Shown piece by piece: positions 13,338 to 26,364 of a stretch of 64,000 bases of DNA (within the stretch, counting starts at the first letter, position 1; the number at the start of each line of letters is the position of its first letter). Source of the DNA: Chiloscyllium plagiosum (Eukaryota); the NCBI RefSeq assembly GCF_004010195.1, contig NC_057718.1, positions 39,229,143 to 39,293,142 on the forward strand, in the 5' to 3' direction. The notes under the pieces are model-generated. The model made no database searches. It was given only the letters and a program-made list of their open reading frames with translations, and was not told the DNA's origin. The position numbers were made by a program, and so were the translations under genes.

Positions 13338-14611
13338 TGTGATGCTGCTCCTTAAACAAGGATATGTTGGCCTTGGGATTTTTTTTCTTCAGGTGGTCAT
13401 AAAGACACAGGTTCCAAAATGCCTGTGGTTGATTTACTTGCAGAAGCTTTTAGGTTTTAAAAACAAAACACTTGTACAATGAAAGGGGAGTTGCCTGTTC
13501 TCCCAGCTCACCTTTTTGTCTGATTTGATTTAGTTTTAGCAGTCAGTTGAGAAGCTGCTGGACCCAAAGAAGCAGGTCCATGCTAATCCTCCCTCTCTCT
13601 GGCATCTCTCCTGTAAGAACCCGTTAGATTTTTCCTTTTTATTTTTGCAAAGGGATGTTAATGGGGATTGTTGCAAGTATTTAGAACAGCATCATTAATT
13701 TGGGATCATCTGTTGGGTTTTCGGACAGGTTTAGTTATTCTGTATTCTGTTGCATTTGGTAATCTTGCAAATAAATTCTGTTTTATTTGAAATTAAGTGG
13801 TTGGGCCAGCTGCACCACTCCTCAATTATCTACCATACACCTACTTAAAACAACGAGCAGAGTTAGAGTCTGGCCTATTTTCTTGATGTTTTGAGTGGGC
13901 GTAACAGGTTGGGGGCTCATTGTGGGATTTGTTCCCTAGTTCCGATTGGGATTAGGGTTGCTGGACCCAAAGGCAGCGAGCGATGTATGTTAGTGTTTTT
14001 TTTTTGTTTTGGCTGTTGATTTTTGGTTGGTTTAAACGGTGCTGGAGATAGCAATCACTCTTTCAGTCACTAAGTAAGAATTTTGAGGGTGGAAGAAGTG
14101 ACTTTAGGGGTTTTACAAAAGGTGAATAAGGCCAAGCTGGGGTTGGAGCTGCCTCCTTCTGAGGAGAGATAATTACAGCAATAGCTCAGCATTTATTCTG
14201 ATGGCGTTCCCAGCAAGTTTATTTAGAAGGCTAAAATTATATTGAAAATGAAGCAGCTTGAGTTAGAGGCAAAAGACAAGGAAAGGCCAACAGAAATGAA
14301 ACAGTTTGAATTATGATTAAAAGCAAAGGAAAAATCTAACACGTTCTTACAGGAGAAATCTAAGGATCAGCATGGACCTGCTTCTATGGGTGCAGCAGCT
14401 TCACAACTGCCTGCCTGCTCAAACCAAACCTAAACAGAAAAGCTGAGCTGGGAGAACTGGCCACTCCCCTTTCATTTTACAAGTGTTCTTTTAAACCCAA
14501 AAGCTGCTTCAAGTAGATAAACCCCAGACATTTTGGAACCTGTCTCCATGGCCTCCTAAACAAAAAAAACCAAGGACAACATAACCTAGTTGAAGGCACA
14601 GCATCATCACA
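13338..14611 (+). mobile_element. Gypsy-like LTR element: LTR (13338-13906), tRNA-Pro-like PBS, gag-like start, then inverted LTR end (14326-14611)
   Basis: LTR TGT...ACA. TGGGGGCTCATTGTGGGAT at 13910-13928 resembles the tRNA-Pro PBS TGGGGGCTCGTCCGGGAT. E/K-rich gag-like sequence follows. CCTT lies on both flanks. Confidence 0.75.
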
Positions 14612-15164
14612 CCTTCCTCCTTGCTACTTTGAAAATACTATTTAACACCAGGGTTGACAACTCCTGCCTGCCCACACCAACTTTATTACGGAATGCAGAG
14701 GGTAATAGTGGGGACAATCAAGCTTTCAGTCAACTCAATAGACACTTAATTATTTATAGTACTTAATGTTTTGTGGGCAGGCTGTCAATTTCTAAAACCA
14801 GATCTTCTCTGCCCAGACTTGCCTGACATCATCTGTGTAGCCATCCAGAGTTTCTTTGCCCTGAAAGTTAGCCGTCTTCCACCAGCTATGCTGTTATCAC
14901 TGGGCTAGAACTGAATAGGAGCACTAGAAAAGCAAAGCCCATCCCCCTTACCTGCCCCTCCATGACAGGCACTGAGAATGCACACAGATGAATAGTTAGT
15001 ATTTGTATGCAATGTGACAGATTTGAGTTCTAAGTTTTATTTGGAATGCTTATTTTATGTTGGCCTGTATTGTATAATGGCCAAAAGTGATGGACATTAA
15101 CAGTCAAGGTAAGCTATGGGATTATTAGTGAAGTTACAACTGGAATTTAATGTACTAGTACTGC

Positions 15165-15830
15165 ATCACTAATTTCTACTCTTCCCTTTCTTAAATGAGT
15201 GACCCCTTACTCTGTGAATATACTCTCTAGATTCTTCCACAAGGGAAAACCATGTATCTACTCTGTCAAGTCCCTCAAGAATTTTTAATATTTTAATAAG
15301 GTCTCCTTTCATTCTACTACCGACTCAGCCTACTCTATCTCTCATCATTAGAAATCTTCTTTATATGTTGGATCAACCTTCCTTGGATTGCCTCCAATAC
15401 CAGCATATCTTCCCTTCATAAGGGGACCAGAACTGTTCACAATATTCAAGGTGTAGTCTAACTAATAGCACATATAGTTTTACCATTATTTCCCTTCTTT
15501 TCTACTCCATTACCTTTGAAATAAGGGCCAATATTCCATACAAGCTGAACTTGTTTGTTCGTTTGTGATTCATTCACAAATTCCTTTTGTGTTGAAGCTG
15601 TCTTCAGTCTTTCCCATTTTAAATAATATTTAGCTCCTCTATTTGTTCTAACAAAGTGTGTAACCTCATTTTCCTACATAACATTCCCTCTGCCAAGTTT
15701 TGCCCACTCACTTAACATGCCTATAGCCATCTGTAACTCTGCATTATCAACACCACTTGCCTTCCCACCTACTTTTGTCATCCAAAACTTGGCTATCGTA
15801 CATTTCACTTCCCTCATCCAAGTCATTAAA
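15165..15830 (-). mobile_element. Decayed CR1 fragment
   Basis: ggggaccagaactgttcacaatattc (EYCxQFWSP, reversed) and ttttgtcatccaaaactt (KFxDDK, reversed). Confidence 0.7.
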
Positions 15831-16224
15831 TTCCACTGCCTCCTCCCATTCTTCAGCAGCTCTAATCTGTGCTGTGAGGTTACTCTAGAGAGACAGGCAG
15901 TGGAAGCAATGTTTTAGCACCCCATGGTGTGCTCTCTTATTCTGTAGAAGGAAGAGAAGCAGAGGCATGTAGCAACCTATTCATTAGTTTTCCCAACAAG
16001 ACCCTCAGGACCCTGTCCTCTGAACAAACCGATTCCCTCCGAGAGTCGAAAAGCAGAGCTGTGTACACTTCTGCTGTACATCTAAAGTCACAGATCACCT
16101 ACCTCCATGAGAAAAATGATCCTGTGGCTAGGATTTGGGAAGGGGGACGGCAAATGCAAAAAAAGCATGGATAAGCTTAGTGCTTCATTCTGAATCTCTT
16201 CTTCTGTGTTTGAGCTCACTTCGT

Positions 16225-16503
16225 TTAAAGTCCACACTCTTAAAGCGAACGGTAGGAGGTTTGGAGGGTATTTGAGTAAATGTCTTTTTCACCCTGAGAG
16301 GGGTAGGGGTCTGGAATGTGATGTTAGTTGAGTGGGTCATCTCTCTATCTTTGAAAAGCACTTGGATGAACACTTGAATTGTCATTACAATCAAGGCCGT
16401 CAGTGAAGTGCAGGAAAGTAGGACTATTGCAGATCGTAGTCTATTTTTGGTGGCACAGACTTGATGGGCTGAAAGGCCTCTTCTGTATGATATTATTCTA
16501 TGC
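16225..16503 (+). mobile_element. CR1 3' end fragment
   Basis: ttcaccctgagaggggtaggggtctggaat...gggctgaaaggcctcttctgtatga tail. Confidence 0.6.
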
Positions 16504-17524
16504 TGCAATTGTGAGATATACTTCTAAATTAGATACTACTTGATATCTTTCAGATTTCATCATTATGCATATTTTTCACTTGTTATTGACTATATCCAGT
16601 TGAAAAGTTCCTTGTATAATAACAATGTACAGTCAATTGTTGTTGACTACGTTGTGATAATTCACTGAATTAGCCCCTGCAGCACTAGAAAGGAAAAACA
16701 AATGCTATCTTTTTTGAAGAAGCTGTGCTGCTGGCCAGGGAATAAGCTGATCAGAATATAGTTTTGGAAAAACAGTTTGGAGCATAGACACCTATCTGCA
16801 GTGCAGGTTCAGCGATTGCATGATGCTTAACTGAGTTGTTATTGGACTACTACAGTCAGGACAGTATAATTCCAGTCTGAGGAATGTAGATTCAGTTTTT
16901 TTAATGACCAAATGGACATAGAGATTCAAAATAGAATACACTTACATCAGAGTAACAAAAGCATGACATAAGGAAACAAGTTCAGAAGGCATGTTAATTA
17001 TGTATTATATCATTTGAGCTCTCCTTTTTAGATAAGTAAATTTAGTCTTTTACTCACCAGGTAAGACTTATTTCAGGTAAGATTTATCGTATTTTTGAGA
17101 ATTCTGCATGGCATTGGTAAAGGTACAAACTCAGTCTAGGCTATTTTACAATAGGAAAAACATTCAGCATCAACTAATATTAAAATGAAGATTTCAAGCT
17201 GATGCCAATTTGGTTTGTTATTCAACACCAGCTTGCAAACTGAACCACCGTACAACAGCAGATGACTCTTGCAAGCCAGTATAGCAGATTCAAAGCATTC
17301 TGTCGGAGTCAAATCACTTGCTCTTTCACAAACACTGACTGGCCTGCTGTGTATTTCCAGTATTTTCTCAGCTCTAAAATATTTCAGTTCAGCTGTCCCA
17401 GGAACACCGCTTAAGAGAAAAACTACCTGAAGAAGAAATAATTACAATAATCTAATATGCACATTACTAGATGTTGTTCTTTTAATAAAGCATTAATAAT
17501 GCTTTGGTATATATTTCTAAGGGA

Positions 17525-18735
17525 TCACATTTACTGGGTGGGACTTTCAGTGTCAGAAGGTCGTGACTTAAAGTAATCTTCCAAAATCTTGAACACATCT
17601 AGCTTTATTGCAATACTGTGGTGATCTCACTTTTTTAAGAGAAGATATCAAGGTTCTGATGCCTTCTCAGTTAAGTATAAAAGATCCTGGCCAAGATCAC
17701 TTGACCTCCATATCAGGATGCAGTGGAAGTCATGATGTGTGGACTAATATGGGAATTGCCTGGGAAAATTAAACCACAAATTCCCTGCTGCTTAATACAC
17801 TGTGCAAACAGCTCCAACTCTGAGTCAGATTTGCAGACTTCAGTCAGTTCCATCATATTTTATCTGACTACCCCAACACATGACCACAAGCCCCGAACAG
17901 ACCCAACTATTTCCCCTTACCATTTGACCCCTGAACTGACCCATTCCTTAGACTACCCTGCTGAAGAAGGGCTTATGCCCGAAATGTCGATTCTCCTGCT
18001 CCTTTGCTGCCTGCCGTGCTGCGCTTTTTCAGCAACACATCTTTCAGCACTACCCTCCTTAGCCAACCCAAATATCAGACCACCCATACTCCCCCACATA
18101 CAAACTTGAGTAGCATTTGACAAGCTGATTACCCTAATCCAAACTAACCCAATTGACTATCAATTTACTTACCTCCCCCACCTCCCAACTCACCTACCAC
18201 ACCCATCTCTTCACCTAGACACCTACTCACCCAACTACACACACTCATCTCACCCCATCCTCTGTCGCTTCACTTCACATCCCTGCCCATCCATCTACCC
18301 ATGCATTCACTAATCCACACTCAAAGACTCTAACTTTAGAGTTACCAGACAGAATATAGTAGCTAGGGCTGTAAAATCCATGCCTTCTCCTGACTCTGCT
18401 CCCCAGTGTTTGCTAAGGAAGGCCATGCTTACACTTCTGTATCAGCTAGGATTTGAAGATCCTGGAAGGAATGTGCTGTTGGGTTGGGAGAATGTCCCCC
18501 ACAGAGGTACTATGCTCTGTCATGTCCCTGCAGAACTATTCAAAAAACAATAAGTAAGTTCTGCTAGTCTTCTGCTACTCACCTCACCCAAGATGAGGAA
18601 GGTTTTCTGATTGTTTAGTTTGCTGAGTATAAAGTCAGCTGCTATATTTCCTGACATTACAACAGCAAATACACCAGGTTGTAATTCACCATGAAATGTG
18701 TGAAGTCATGAAAAGCATTATATTAATTCTTTCTT
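17525..18735 (+). mobile_element. Deu-domain SINE (SacSINE1/AmnSINE-like), split by about 900 bp of inserted sequence
   Basis: Head gtcagaaggtcgtg...aaagatcc at 17525-17695. Tail gctgctatatttcctgacattacaacag...gtcatgaaaagcattatat at 18590-18735. Confidence 0.4.
17960..18048 (+). mobile_element. Penelope pLTR-type insertion (family A) with hammerhead motif
   Basis: CTGAAGAAGGGCTTATGCCCGAAATGTC..., flanked by 8-bp direct repeat ACTACCCT at 17952-17959 and 18049-18056. Confidence 0.75.
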
Positions 18736-19847
18736 ATATTTAGGATTCATTAAATGCAAAAGTACACAAATGCATTAAATATGAAGTGAGAATGTATTGG
18801 GCACTTGTGCTATCAAACTAATTTGTATCAAATTTAATTCCATACTAATTAAGTTATAATAAAGCAATTAAAAAATGATTTTCACTATTGGATAAATTAT
18901 CCCCCATCAAAAACATTTACAACACAATTGCTACAAAAATAGCACACTTTAGAAACCTACCATGACAGTTGGATCAAAGGATTTATTACTTTTACTCATA
19001 GGATACTTTAATCATTTTTCTTGTGGAAATACATTACATCAGATGTCCATAAGATATCTTAGGAATTAGCTAGGAGTTCAGTAATTTTGACAATAATTTC
19101 CTCCACTTTAAAATCAATATCTTTAAATAGTTGCTGGCTATTGCTTGGAACCACATTGTTTATGTAGACCCACAAACCATGAATGAAAATAAATCAAGCA
19201 AACAACAGTAACACATTATCTACAAAAGCCAGATGATGCAACTGCACAAACAGCAGTCAAGATCTATTGTTATTACAATGATTTTCTTTCATAATCCAGC
19301 AAAAGAGACACCGTCTTCAAGAAAATTTCATCTCAGTAAAGGCAATAATAAATTAAGGGAGGTCATAGTCTGTAAACTGACAGCAGCATGTCATTTCTCC
19401 AATCTGCAGAATCTGTACAGGAGCAGTAAAGATAAAAGGGATAAAGCAAAGAAGCTTTAGTGAGCTAGCTGACCTATGATAACGAGGTAGCTACAATTCT
19501 CCTTGTACGAGGGAGGTTTCTAAAAAAGTAAGAGCTTTGATTTCTGATTGTTGGACAGTAATTCATGCTGTGAATGATGCTCAGCTGCAATTCCTTGACA
19601 TCAAGCTGCATGCTATTGTTTTTCTCATGAAAGTAAACATGAAAAATTATAAATGTGAAGTACTACGATGCTGATGGCACCTTCTGCAGTTTATGCTCAA
19701 GAGTTAATGAGAAAAAATACTCCGTGTTAATTAGTTTAAGCACATTGGGCAGTGGAGAATGAATTTTAGGTCTTTCTACACTTGAAGGAAGATTGAGTAC
19801 AAGTTATCAAATGCCAAATTGGTACTGACTTTCTTCCAAGCATTGAG

Positions 19848-19952
19848 TTCTGTTGAAAGAAAATTGATTAACTCTATTTCTCTCCACAGATACTGCTGAC
19901 CTGTTATGTATCTCCACCATTTTCTGTTTTCTTATTTTAGATTTTCTGCATT
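19848..19952 (+). mobile_element. Decayed Penelope pLTR-like fragment (family B)
   Basis: ttaactctatttctctccacagatactgctgacctg...cattttctgtttt is homologous to the 29380, 32138 and 34051 copies. Confidence 0.5.
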
Positions 19953-20574
19953 TTACATGTATACAAGTGTTGAGGTTATCTGACAACTTGGAGTCAGCAG
20001 GTGAAAATTTGAATGTTTAAATTTTGACCTAATCCTAGTTTTAAGATTCTGATCTATATATCACAAACTCACGTGTCACCTTGTTGTCAAGGTAATTAAA
20101 CTTTTTTAAATATTTCAACCATTCACTTAGATGATTCTCATTCTGTCAGGTTTCAAGTGAGTTAGGAAGGCTATACACAACCTCCAAGAAGCCATTAAGT
20201 TTCTATTTATCTTTGAATACTCATTGAATTTCAAAAGCTGACTTGTATGTATCTCTGGAAGAAATCAGTGTGATTCCTTCAACAACTGAATCCATGTGAC
20301 TTGTGGAAGCAAAAGGAGAACCCAGAGACTTTATGGACTAGCTAGAGTGCAAGGAGCACTGACAGACAGTCAGCATGACTTAGAGCAACTGAGAAGAGGA
20401 CCCAGAGGCAATCGGTATCAGTTAGAGAACAAAAGGAGGAAATAGGCAGTATTGCTCAAGGTGTACAGATGTTAATCTAGCATCACTGGCTTCAGTGTTC
20501 AGAGGTCTTGCAGGAAAATTTCAGCGATGTTTGGTGCTGGGAGGTGTACAAGAGACAATGAGGCTTGAGGGCCA

Positions 20575-20650
20575 AGTGTGCGGTGCTGGAAAAGCACAGC
20601 AGGTCAGGCAGCATCTGAGAAGCAGGTGAATCAACGTTTCAGGCATAACT
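20575..20650 (-). mobile_element. Penelope pLTR-type insertion (family A), truncated inside the ribozyme
   Basis: gctggaaaagcacagcaggtcaggcagcatc...aacgtttcaggcataa, flanked by GCTTGAGGG(C/T)CA at 20563-20574 and 20651-20662 (11/12). Confidence 0.75.
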
Positions 20651-22443
20651 GCTTGAGGGTCATCAGGGATTGACAGCCTGAAGATTATATGGACAGTGAA
20701 TTGGTCAATATGGAGATGTTGTCATCTCTTGAAGGACCTCACATTGCTGGATTTTGCAGTCCCGTTCATTATAGATCAAGTCACTTCTCCCACCCACTTT
20801 GGTGTGGTATCAGGTATTTTCTTTGCCTTGCATTGTTACAATTTCTGGGAAGACAGACAGTGAGAGCAACCGTATCTCTGAGTAATTTCCAGCCTCCACC
20901 TTTTTGCCTCCATGAGGCCCCAAACATCAAAGTTCCCTTTTTCGCAGTTTTCCCAGTAAACCCTGTAGGCTTTGCACCTTCTTAGGTCACTATCCAACTC
21001 ATCTATATGAGCTTGTACCTGCTCACCTTTATCCCCAGGCTCCGGCATATGAGGTGACCATTGATGACCATGGCAAGTGTGATCACCCCAGAACCCCAGG
21101 GAGTCTTTACTGTAGATAAATGCCCCTCCTGCACAACCTCATTCCAAACCATGGTTTATCATATCTTTCCCTTAGATATACAGTTGCTCTCTTTCACAAA
21201 TTTCTTCCCCTCACTGCCAGCCCGCCTGCAGTCCCCAATCCCCCACAAATAGGTTTTCCAGTCTCCTCACTGTAGCAGCAGTGTTTTGCCCCATTCTCCT
21301 CACCCTGTGCATTTATTGGGCAGGCTATTCAATGACAATTCAATAAGTGAGTCCTTTTATAAAACCACAATTTAAAAATTGTGGTAACAGGAAGCATGCA
21401 CCTACTTTAAAACTAAAAATTCATATAGTACCAATTTTCTGGTACCAGGACAGCCAATGCCTGTCTTAGTGAGACAGGCAGCATGCAATTGTGCATTGTC
21501 TGAGCACAATTCATGATGCTAACTGCTGGAGAGTTCAGCAGGTTCCTGATCAGTGTCCTCCAATCCAGCCTGTCCTTAAAGGCGTTCTACCCCTTTTAAA
21601 GAGGATATAGTCATGTGGTCAGTATCTACTTTCTTCCAATGAGTGTCTGCAAGTAGGGCACTACACAAATAGAGCATCACTGAATGTGACAGCTCCTACT
21701 TTGATACATATGATGTTGGAGACCTTAACACTGGAGACTGGCAAGAGGAGAGAGGACATGCTTTTGTGGGAGAAGGGGTATCAAGGGCCTGTCTCTGAAA
21801 GGAATGGCAGGGTGGATTCAGGGGTTTAATTCAATGCTGGAGTCTAACTCCACAGCAGAACTGATAGCAGTTACTCAGGAACACCACCTCTTTGGATGGC
21901 TAACCCTTTAAACAGCACCAATGAGGGATCTTGCACCTGATGCATGTTCACATTTGATAAAAGAAACAAACGTTTTCAGTGTCTTGGCATCTGCACTAGC
22001 TGCATCCCAGAATCCAATGTTTGCTTTTATGAACACATTCACCTTATGCCATTTTATTTTACACTTTAAATGCTTGTTTCAAATAATAAACATATCAAGA
22101 AACTGAACTAGAATGAGAAGATCTCTGGCAAGAGAGTCCATTCAGATATCTGTTCCCAATCTTCCCATAATGAGTAAGGGGAAGATTGAAAAGAATTATT
22201 AAGTATAAAAAGGTCTTCACATAGTAGTGAATATAATAGCTGCATTTATGTGGTCATTCAGATTAATGCACTTTTCTCTTTCTTCTCCATTCCCTGCCAA
22301 TCACATGTTGTAGCTTACAACATTTTTATATACTTGCTACTTTTTTGTGCAAAGGATCATCTTTAGGTCTTCTGAACATTAATTACTCAAACTAACACAT
22401 TTCAACATGCCAGTTTTAATAACCAGTTTATATATTTCATTTG

Positions 22444-22634
22444 AGGAGAAAGTGAGGTCTGCAGATGCTGGAGATCAGAGCCGGAGATGTGTTGCTGGAA
22501 AAGCGCAGCAGGTCAGGCAGCATCCAGGGAACAGGAGAATCTTCAGGAAAGGGCTTATGCCCGAAACGTCGATTCTCCTGTTCCCTGGATGCTGCCTGAC
22601 CTGCTGCGCTTTTCCAGCAACACATCTCCGGCTC
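22444..22634. mobile_element. Palindromic Penelope pLTR-type insertion (family A)
   Basis: Perfect 65-bp inverted arms at 22477-22541 and 22571-22635. 15-bp TSD TATATATTTCATTTG at 22429-22443 and 22635-22649. Confidence 0.85.
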
Positions 22635-23229
22635 TATATATTTCATTTGTTCATAATCAGGTAACACTTATTAATATCTTAATTTACAGAAGCTGATTCA
22701 GCATCGCTGTGTAAGATGTGCTAAATTACTAACTTCATTCTTTTTACTAAATGACAAGCCTTCTGTAGAAATTCACTTCTAGAACCACTTATGACAAGCT
22801 ATATTGTCCAGATTTGTTATAGATTCATTTTAAGATTACTCATTTTATAAGGTGAGAATCTTGTTTAAGCAGAATATGCCAATGATGGAGTGTGACATTT
22901 CAACACCTGAAGGTGGAAGTGCCAAGGATTGGTGCATAGACAACTGAAGTGACATGATCATTGCAAGCATCTATGGATGTTAATGAACATCTCTTGAGTC
23001 AGTAGGCTTGGTAAACTATCCGCCTGAAAGATATCATTAAAACTGTATTTCAACAGTAATCTTAGCAAATATAATGAAATACAAAAACATGTGATAAGAT
23101 TATCCTTTTACAGTTTCTTTTAAAAACCATTGTTCTGTTGGTGACATGGATGTAAAACAATGTCAATGATAAACATGAGGTGTCACTTGTAGCTTAATGG
23201 TAGCACTAAGTCAGGAAGTTATGTGCTTT

Positions 23230-23534
23230 GGGCGGCACAGTGGTTAGCACTGCTGCCTCACAGTGCCAGAGACCAGGTTTCAATTCCTGCCTCGGGCAAC
23301 TGTCTGTGTGGAGTTTGCACATTCTCCCCAAGTCTGAGTGGGTTTCCTCTGGGTGCTCAGGTTTCCTCCACAGTCCAAAAATGTGAAGGTTAGATGAATT
23401 GGCCATGCTAAATTGCCCATAGTGTTGGGTGAAGGGGTAAATGGAAGGGAATGGGTCTGGGTGGGTCGTTCTTCAGAGGGTCGGTATGGACTTGTTGGGC
23501 TGAAGGGTCTGTTTCCACACTGTGTAATCTAATC
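23230..23534 (+). mobile_element. HE1-like V-SINE, inserted in an older Deu-type SINE (about 23188-23715)
   Basis: gggcggcacagtggttagcac head, V-domain and (TAATC)n tail. The right flank carries the Deu motif gagttctccctgttgtcctggccaatat. Confidence 0.85.
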
Positions 23535-23744
23535 CTTGAGGGGCTGTGGCTTCAGTGTATTTGTGTGAAAAGTACTGCTGCCTGAGACATTTGAGGCTCA
23601 ACTTAACCTTGTAGATGAACATGAAAGATCCTGTAGGTCTATTTTTTAACAAAAAAAACCAAATGAGTTCTCCCTGTTGTCCTGGCCAATATCAACCAAC
23701 AACACTAAAACATTTCCATCAGTTTGGTTCCAACTTCAAAACTC

Positions 23745-24360
23745 CATGAATTTCTTGATCTTTGTTTCCAGGGATAAGCTATTCCTCAATATCCAACACA
23801 AGCTCACTGTCTCCTACAACTGTCTGACTCTATTCTATTTCATCACTTTTGGTCTCCATCACATCAGTTCTGACAAAGCCACCTTCTATATCATTGTGAT
23901 TGATATGACTTTGTTTTTCCTCAACTGAAAATTGACTGTGATTGGCAGGTCCTGAAGAAGGGCTTATGCCCAAAACGTTGATTCTCCTGCTCCTTGGATG
24001 CTGCCTAGCCTGCTGTTTTTCCAGCACCACATTTCTCAACTGTGATTGGCAGGGCCCTTGATTATGCCCTCTGTTTCATACACTCTGCTCTAACGCTTTC
24101 TTCACTAATCTCTACATCCAGTAAATCATGCTTTGCTAATTGCACCAAGTGCAGCATGGTGCCTCCAGCAAAAATATCTTGTGATCTCTTTTCAACATTG
24201 TGAAGAGACAATTCATTTCATGATACCCTGATCCACTCTTCAATCATCCTCAACATCCAATCTCTCCCTTCCCATTCCAGCATAAGAAAAGTAATATCTG
24301 CGCTTAATTCTATCCTTTTCACTGTCGCGGTTCCAAATGTTCCTTCCAAATGAATTAGTA
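23745..24360 (+). mobile_element. Decayed Penelope-like element ORF fragment (RT C-terminal region toward GIY-YIG)
   Basis: FLIFVSRDKLFLNIQHKLTVSYNCL resembles the recalled fish/shark PLE motif FLDLSVSISGDRLSTxIHYKPTDSHSYL. ctccatcacatcagttctgac resembles LRRICSD. Confidence 0.5.
23950..24038 (+). mobile_element. Penelope pLTR-type insertion (family A) with mutated hammerhead
   Basis: CCTGAAGAAGGGCTTATGCCCAAAACGTTG (GAAA>AAAA). 15-bp TSD ACTGTGATTGGCAGG at 23935-23949 and 24039-24053. Confidence 0.8.
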
Positions 24361-24393
24361 CTTGTAGCTCTTTATCCTCAGTATACTGTGTTT

Positions 24394-24640
24394 ATAGTCA
24401 TACAGCACTGAAACAGACCCTTCAGTCCATGCTGACCATAATCCCAAACTAAACTAGTCCCATATGCCTGTGCTTGACCCATATCCCTCCAAACATTCTT
24501 ATTCCTGTACTTATACAAATGTCTTTTTAAACATTTTAACTGTATCTGCATACACCACTTGCTCTGGAAATTCATTCTGCACTGTTTTTTAAAAAAAATG
24601 CCCCTCATGTCTTTTTTTTAAGATCCTTTCTCCTCTCTCC
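24394..24640 (-). mobile_element. CR1/HER1-like 3' end
   Basis: atagtcatacagcactgaaacagacccttcagtcc tail and 3' region. Confidence 0.75.
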
Positions 24641-24934
24641 TTTTTTTTAAAATGGATTACTAACAATGAATCCTCCCCCTTACTGGACAGACCAAATGCA
24701 AATAGGGTGAGTTCCTGTGTGAACATTTCTAAGTGCACCCGCATCATTCCCAAGCCATTTGAAATTCCTTTTTGCTCCCTGTGCTTGGCCTCCTGCTCTA
24801 TTCCTAGGAAGCTTAATATAAGCTGTTCTGTCTTTATTTTATCTTTATCTATTTAATCAAGTTTCAAGCTGTTAATTTAACTTTTAAAATGCATTCTTTC
24901 ATAGGATGAGTGTGTCACTGGCAAACTAAGACTA

Positions 24935-25645
24935 AGCCAGCCTGAACACAATGATGTCATACCTGACCCCAAATGTGCTTCCCACCACATTTATAGCATC
25001 ACTAAAACTGCCTATTTCCACCTTGATAAAAGTCACTTAATATTTGTCCTGCCTCAGCTTATCAGCTGCTGAAACCCTCATCCCTGCATCATTACCTCGA
25101 GGTTTGACTATTCCAAGGTGATCCTGGCTGGTCTCCAACATTCTATCCTTCATAAAAGGTAGTTTTGGATCACCTCCCGATGTCTGAACTCACCAAGTCC
25201 TATTTACCTGTCAACTGTATTTGCTTATCTGTGTTAGCTTGCAAGCAAGTAACATCAGAACATTTTGAAAGCTTAAGTTTTCAAACTGTCTTTCAAATGG
25301 CTTTGGGAACTTACCCCTCCCTTTATCTGTAATCCCCTCCAGCCCTGCAAACCTCAGATGTTTGGGTTAATCTAATTCTGGCCCCTCAAACATTCCTGAC
25401 TTTAATTGCCTCACCATTGGTGGCAATGCCTTTAGTTGTTCAGGATGTAAGCTCTAAAATTCCCTCTACACCTTTCCACTTATTTTTTTCTCCTTTTAAA
25501 AGATTCCTCAAAACCTTTTTTAAGCAAAACTTTGACACACTGACCTAATATCTTTTGTTTCCTAATTTGTTTTATAATGCTCTACAAAGCAGTATGGGAT
25601 TTTATTATTACACTAATGGTGCTACGCAAATATAATTTATTGTTA
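24935..25645 (+). mobile_element. L2-clade LINE 3' fragment with tail
   Basis: gctgaaaccctcatc...acctcgaggtttgactattcc...ctggctggtctc (AETLI..TSRxDYS..LAGL). L2-type tail ...gctacgcaaatataatttattgtt. Confidence 0.7.
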
Positions 25646-26364
25646 TTCTGGGGAGAAAACACTTCAGCAAATTTCCTGTTCAGAGAAATAGGAAAGAATT
25701 TACGGCTTTAGGTTCTGGCCTACTACTTCAGGTCATCCTTTCTGATGGACCACATCTGCCAAAGAAGACAGCTCCAATCTTTCCCATTCCTTTTCCGATC
25801 AAACCCTTCAGTCTGAAAATTCAAAGCTAAGCAAAAGGAAGGTGTTCCATGTTCGCATTCTCGCATCATCATAGTGACTTCATGGACCTTCGAAGGTTGA
25901 TGGTTGGAATCTAGATATGGACTTCCTGGTATCATTTCTGATCCCATTCCAATAGTGGGAAAGGGGTGGGTGTTACTCACAAATGAGGAAAATCCGAACA
26001 CAGCAGGCCAACTGAACTCAGTGCTGAATTCAAACAGAATATATTTTTGCTGGATCAAGGACCTTAGCCTGCAGTATAGCAGTCATGAATCTTTAGGATA
26101 AGGTCAGTAGAACAGTCATGCTATGAAGTTATTTAAATTTCTAACCATTTAAATAAAGTCTGGATGCCCAAGCCAGTGAAAGTTTAAAAAAAACTTCTGT
26201 TCCAAGAATTACAATAGCTGTTTGCCATTATTTTTGCAAAAGCTAACATGATATTTTTATGAATGCTTGGCTAAATTCCCCAAGTTATAATTACCTCTGT
26301 AGAGAAGTCCTAAACTCATCGTTTGATTTTTATTAAAGGATTGTTATTAATTATTAAGTTGAGT

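Noticed and set aside
18100..18325. C/A-rich strand-biased tract (possible G-quadruplex on minus strand)
   Set aside because: Low-complexity sequence with irregular G-runs; no periodic unit or functional evidence.
21364..21385. 10-bp-arm palindrome ACCACAATTT-AA-AAATTGTGGT
   Set aside because: Short and AT-rich with no supporting context; plausibly chance or a MITE remnant.
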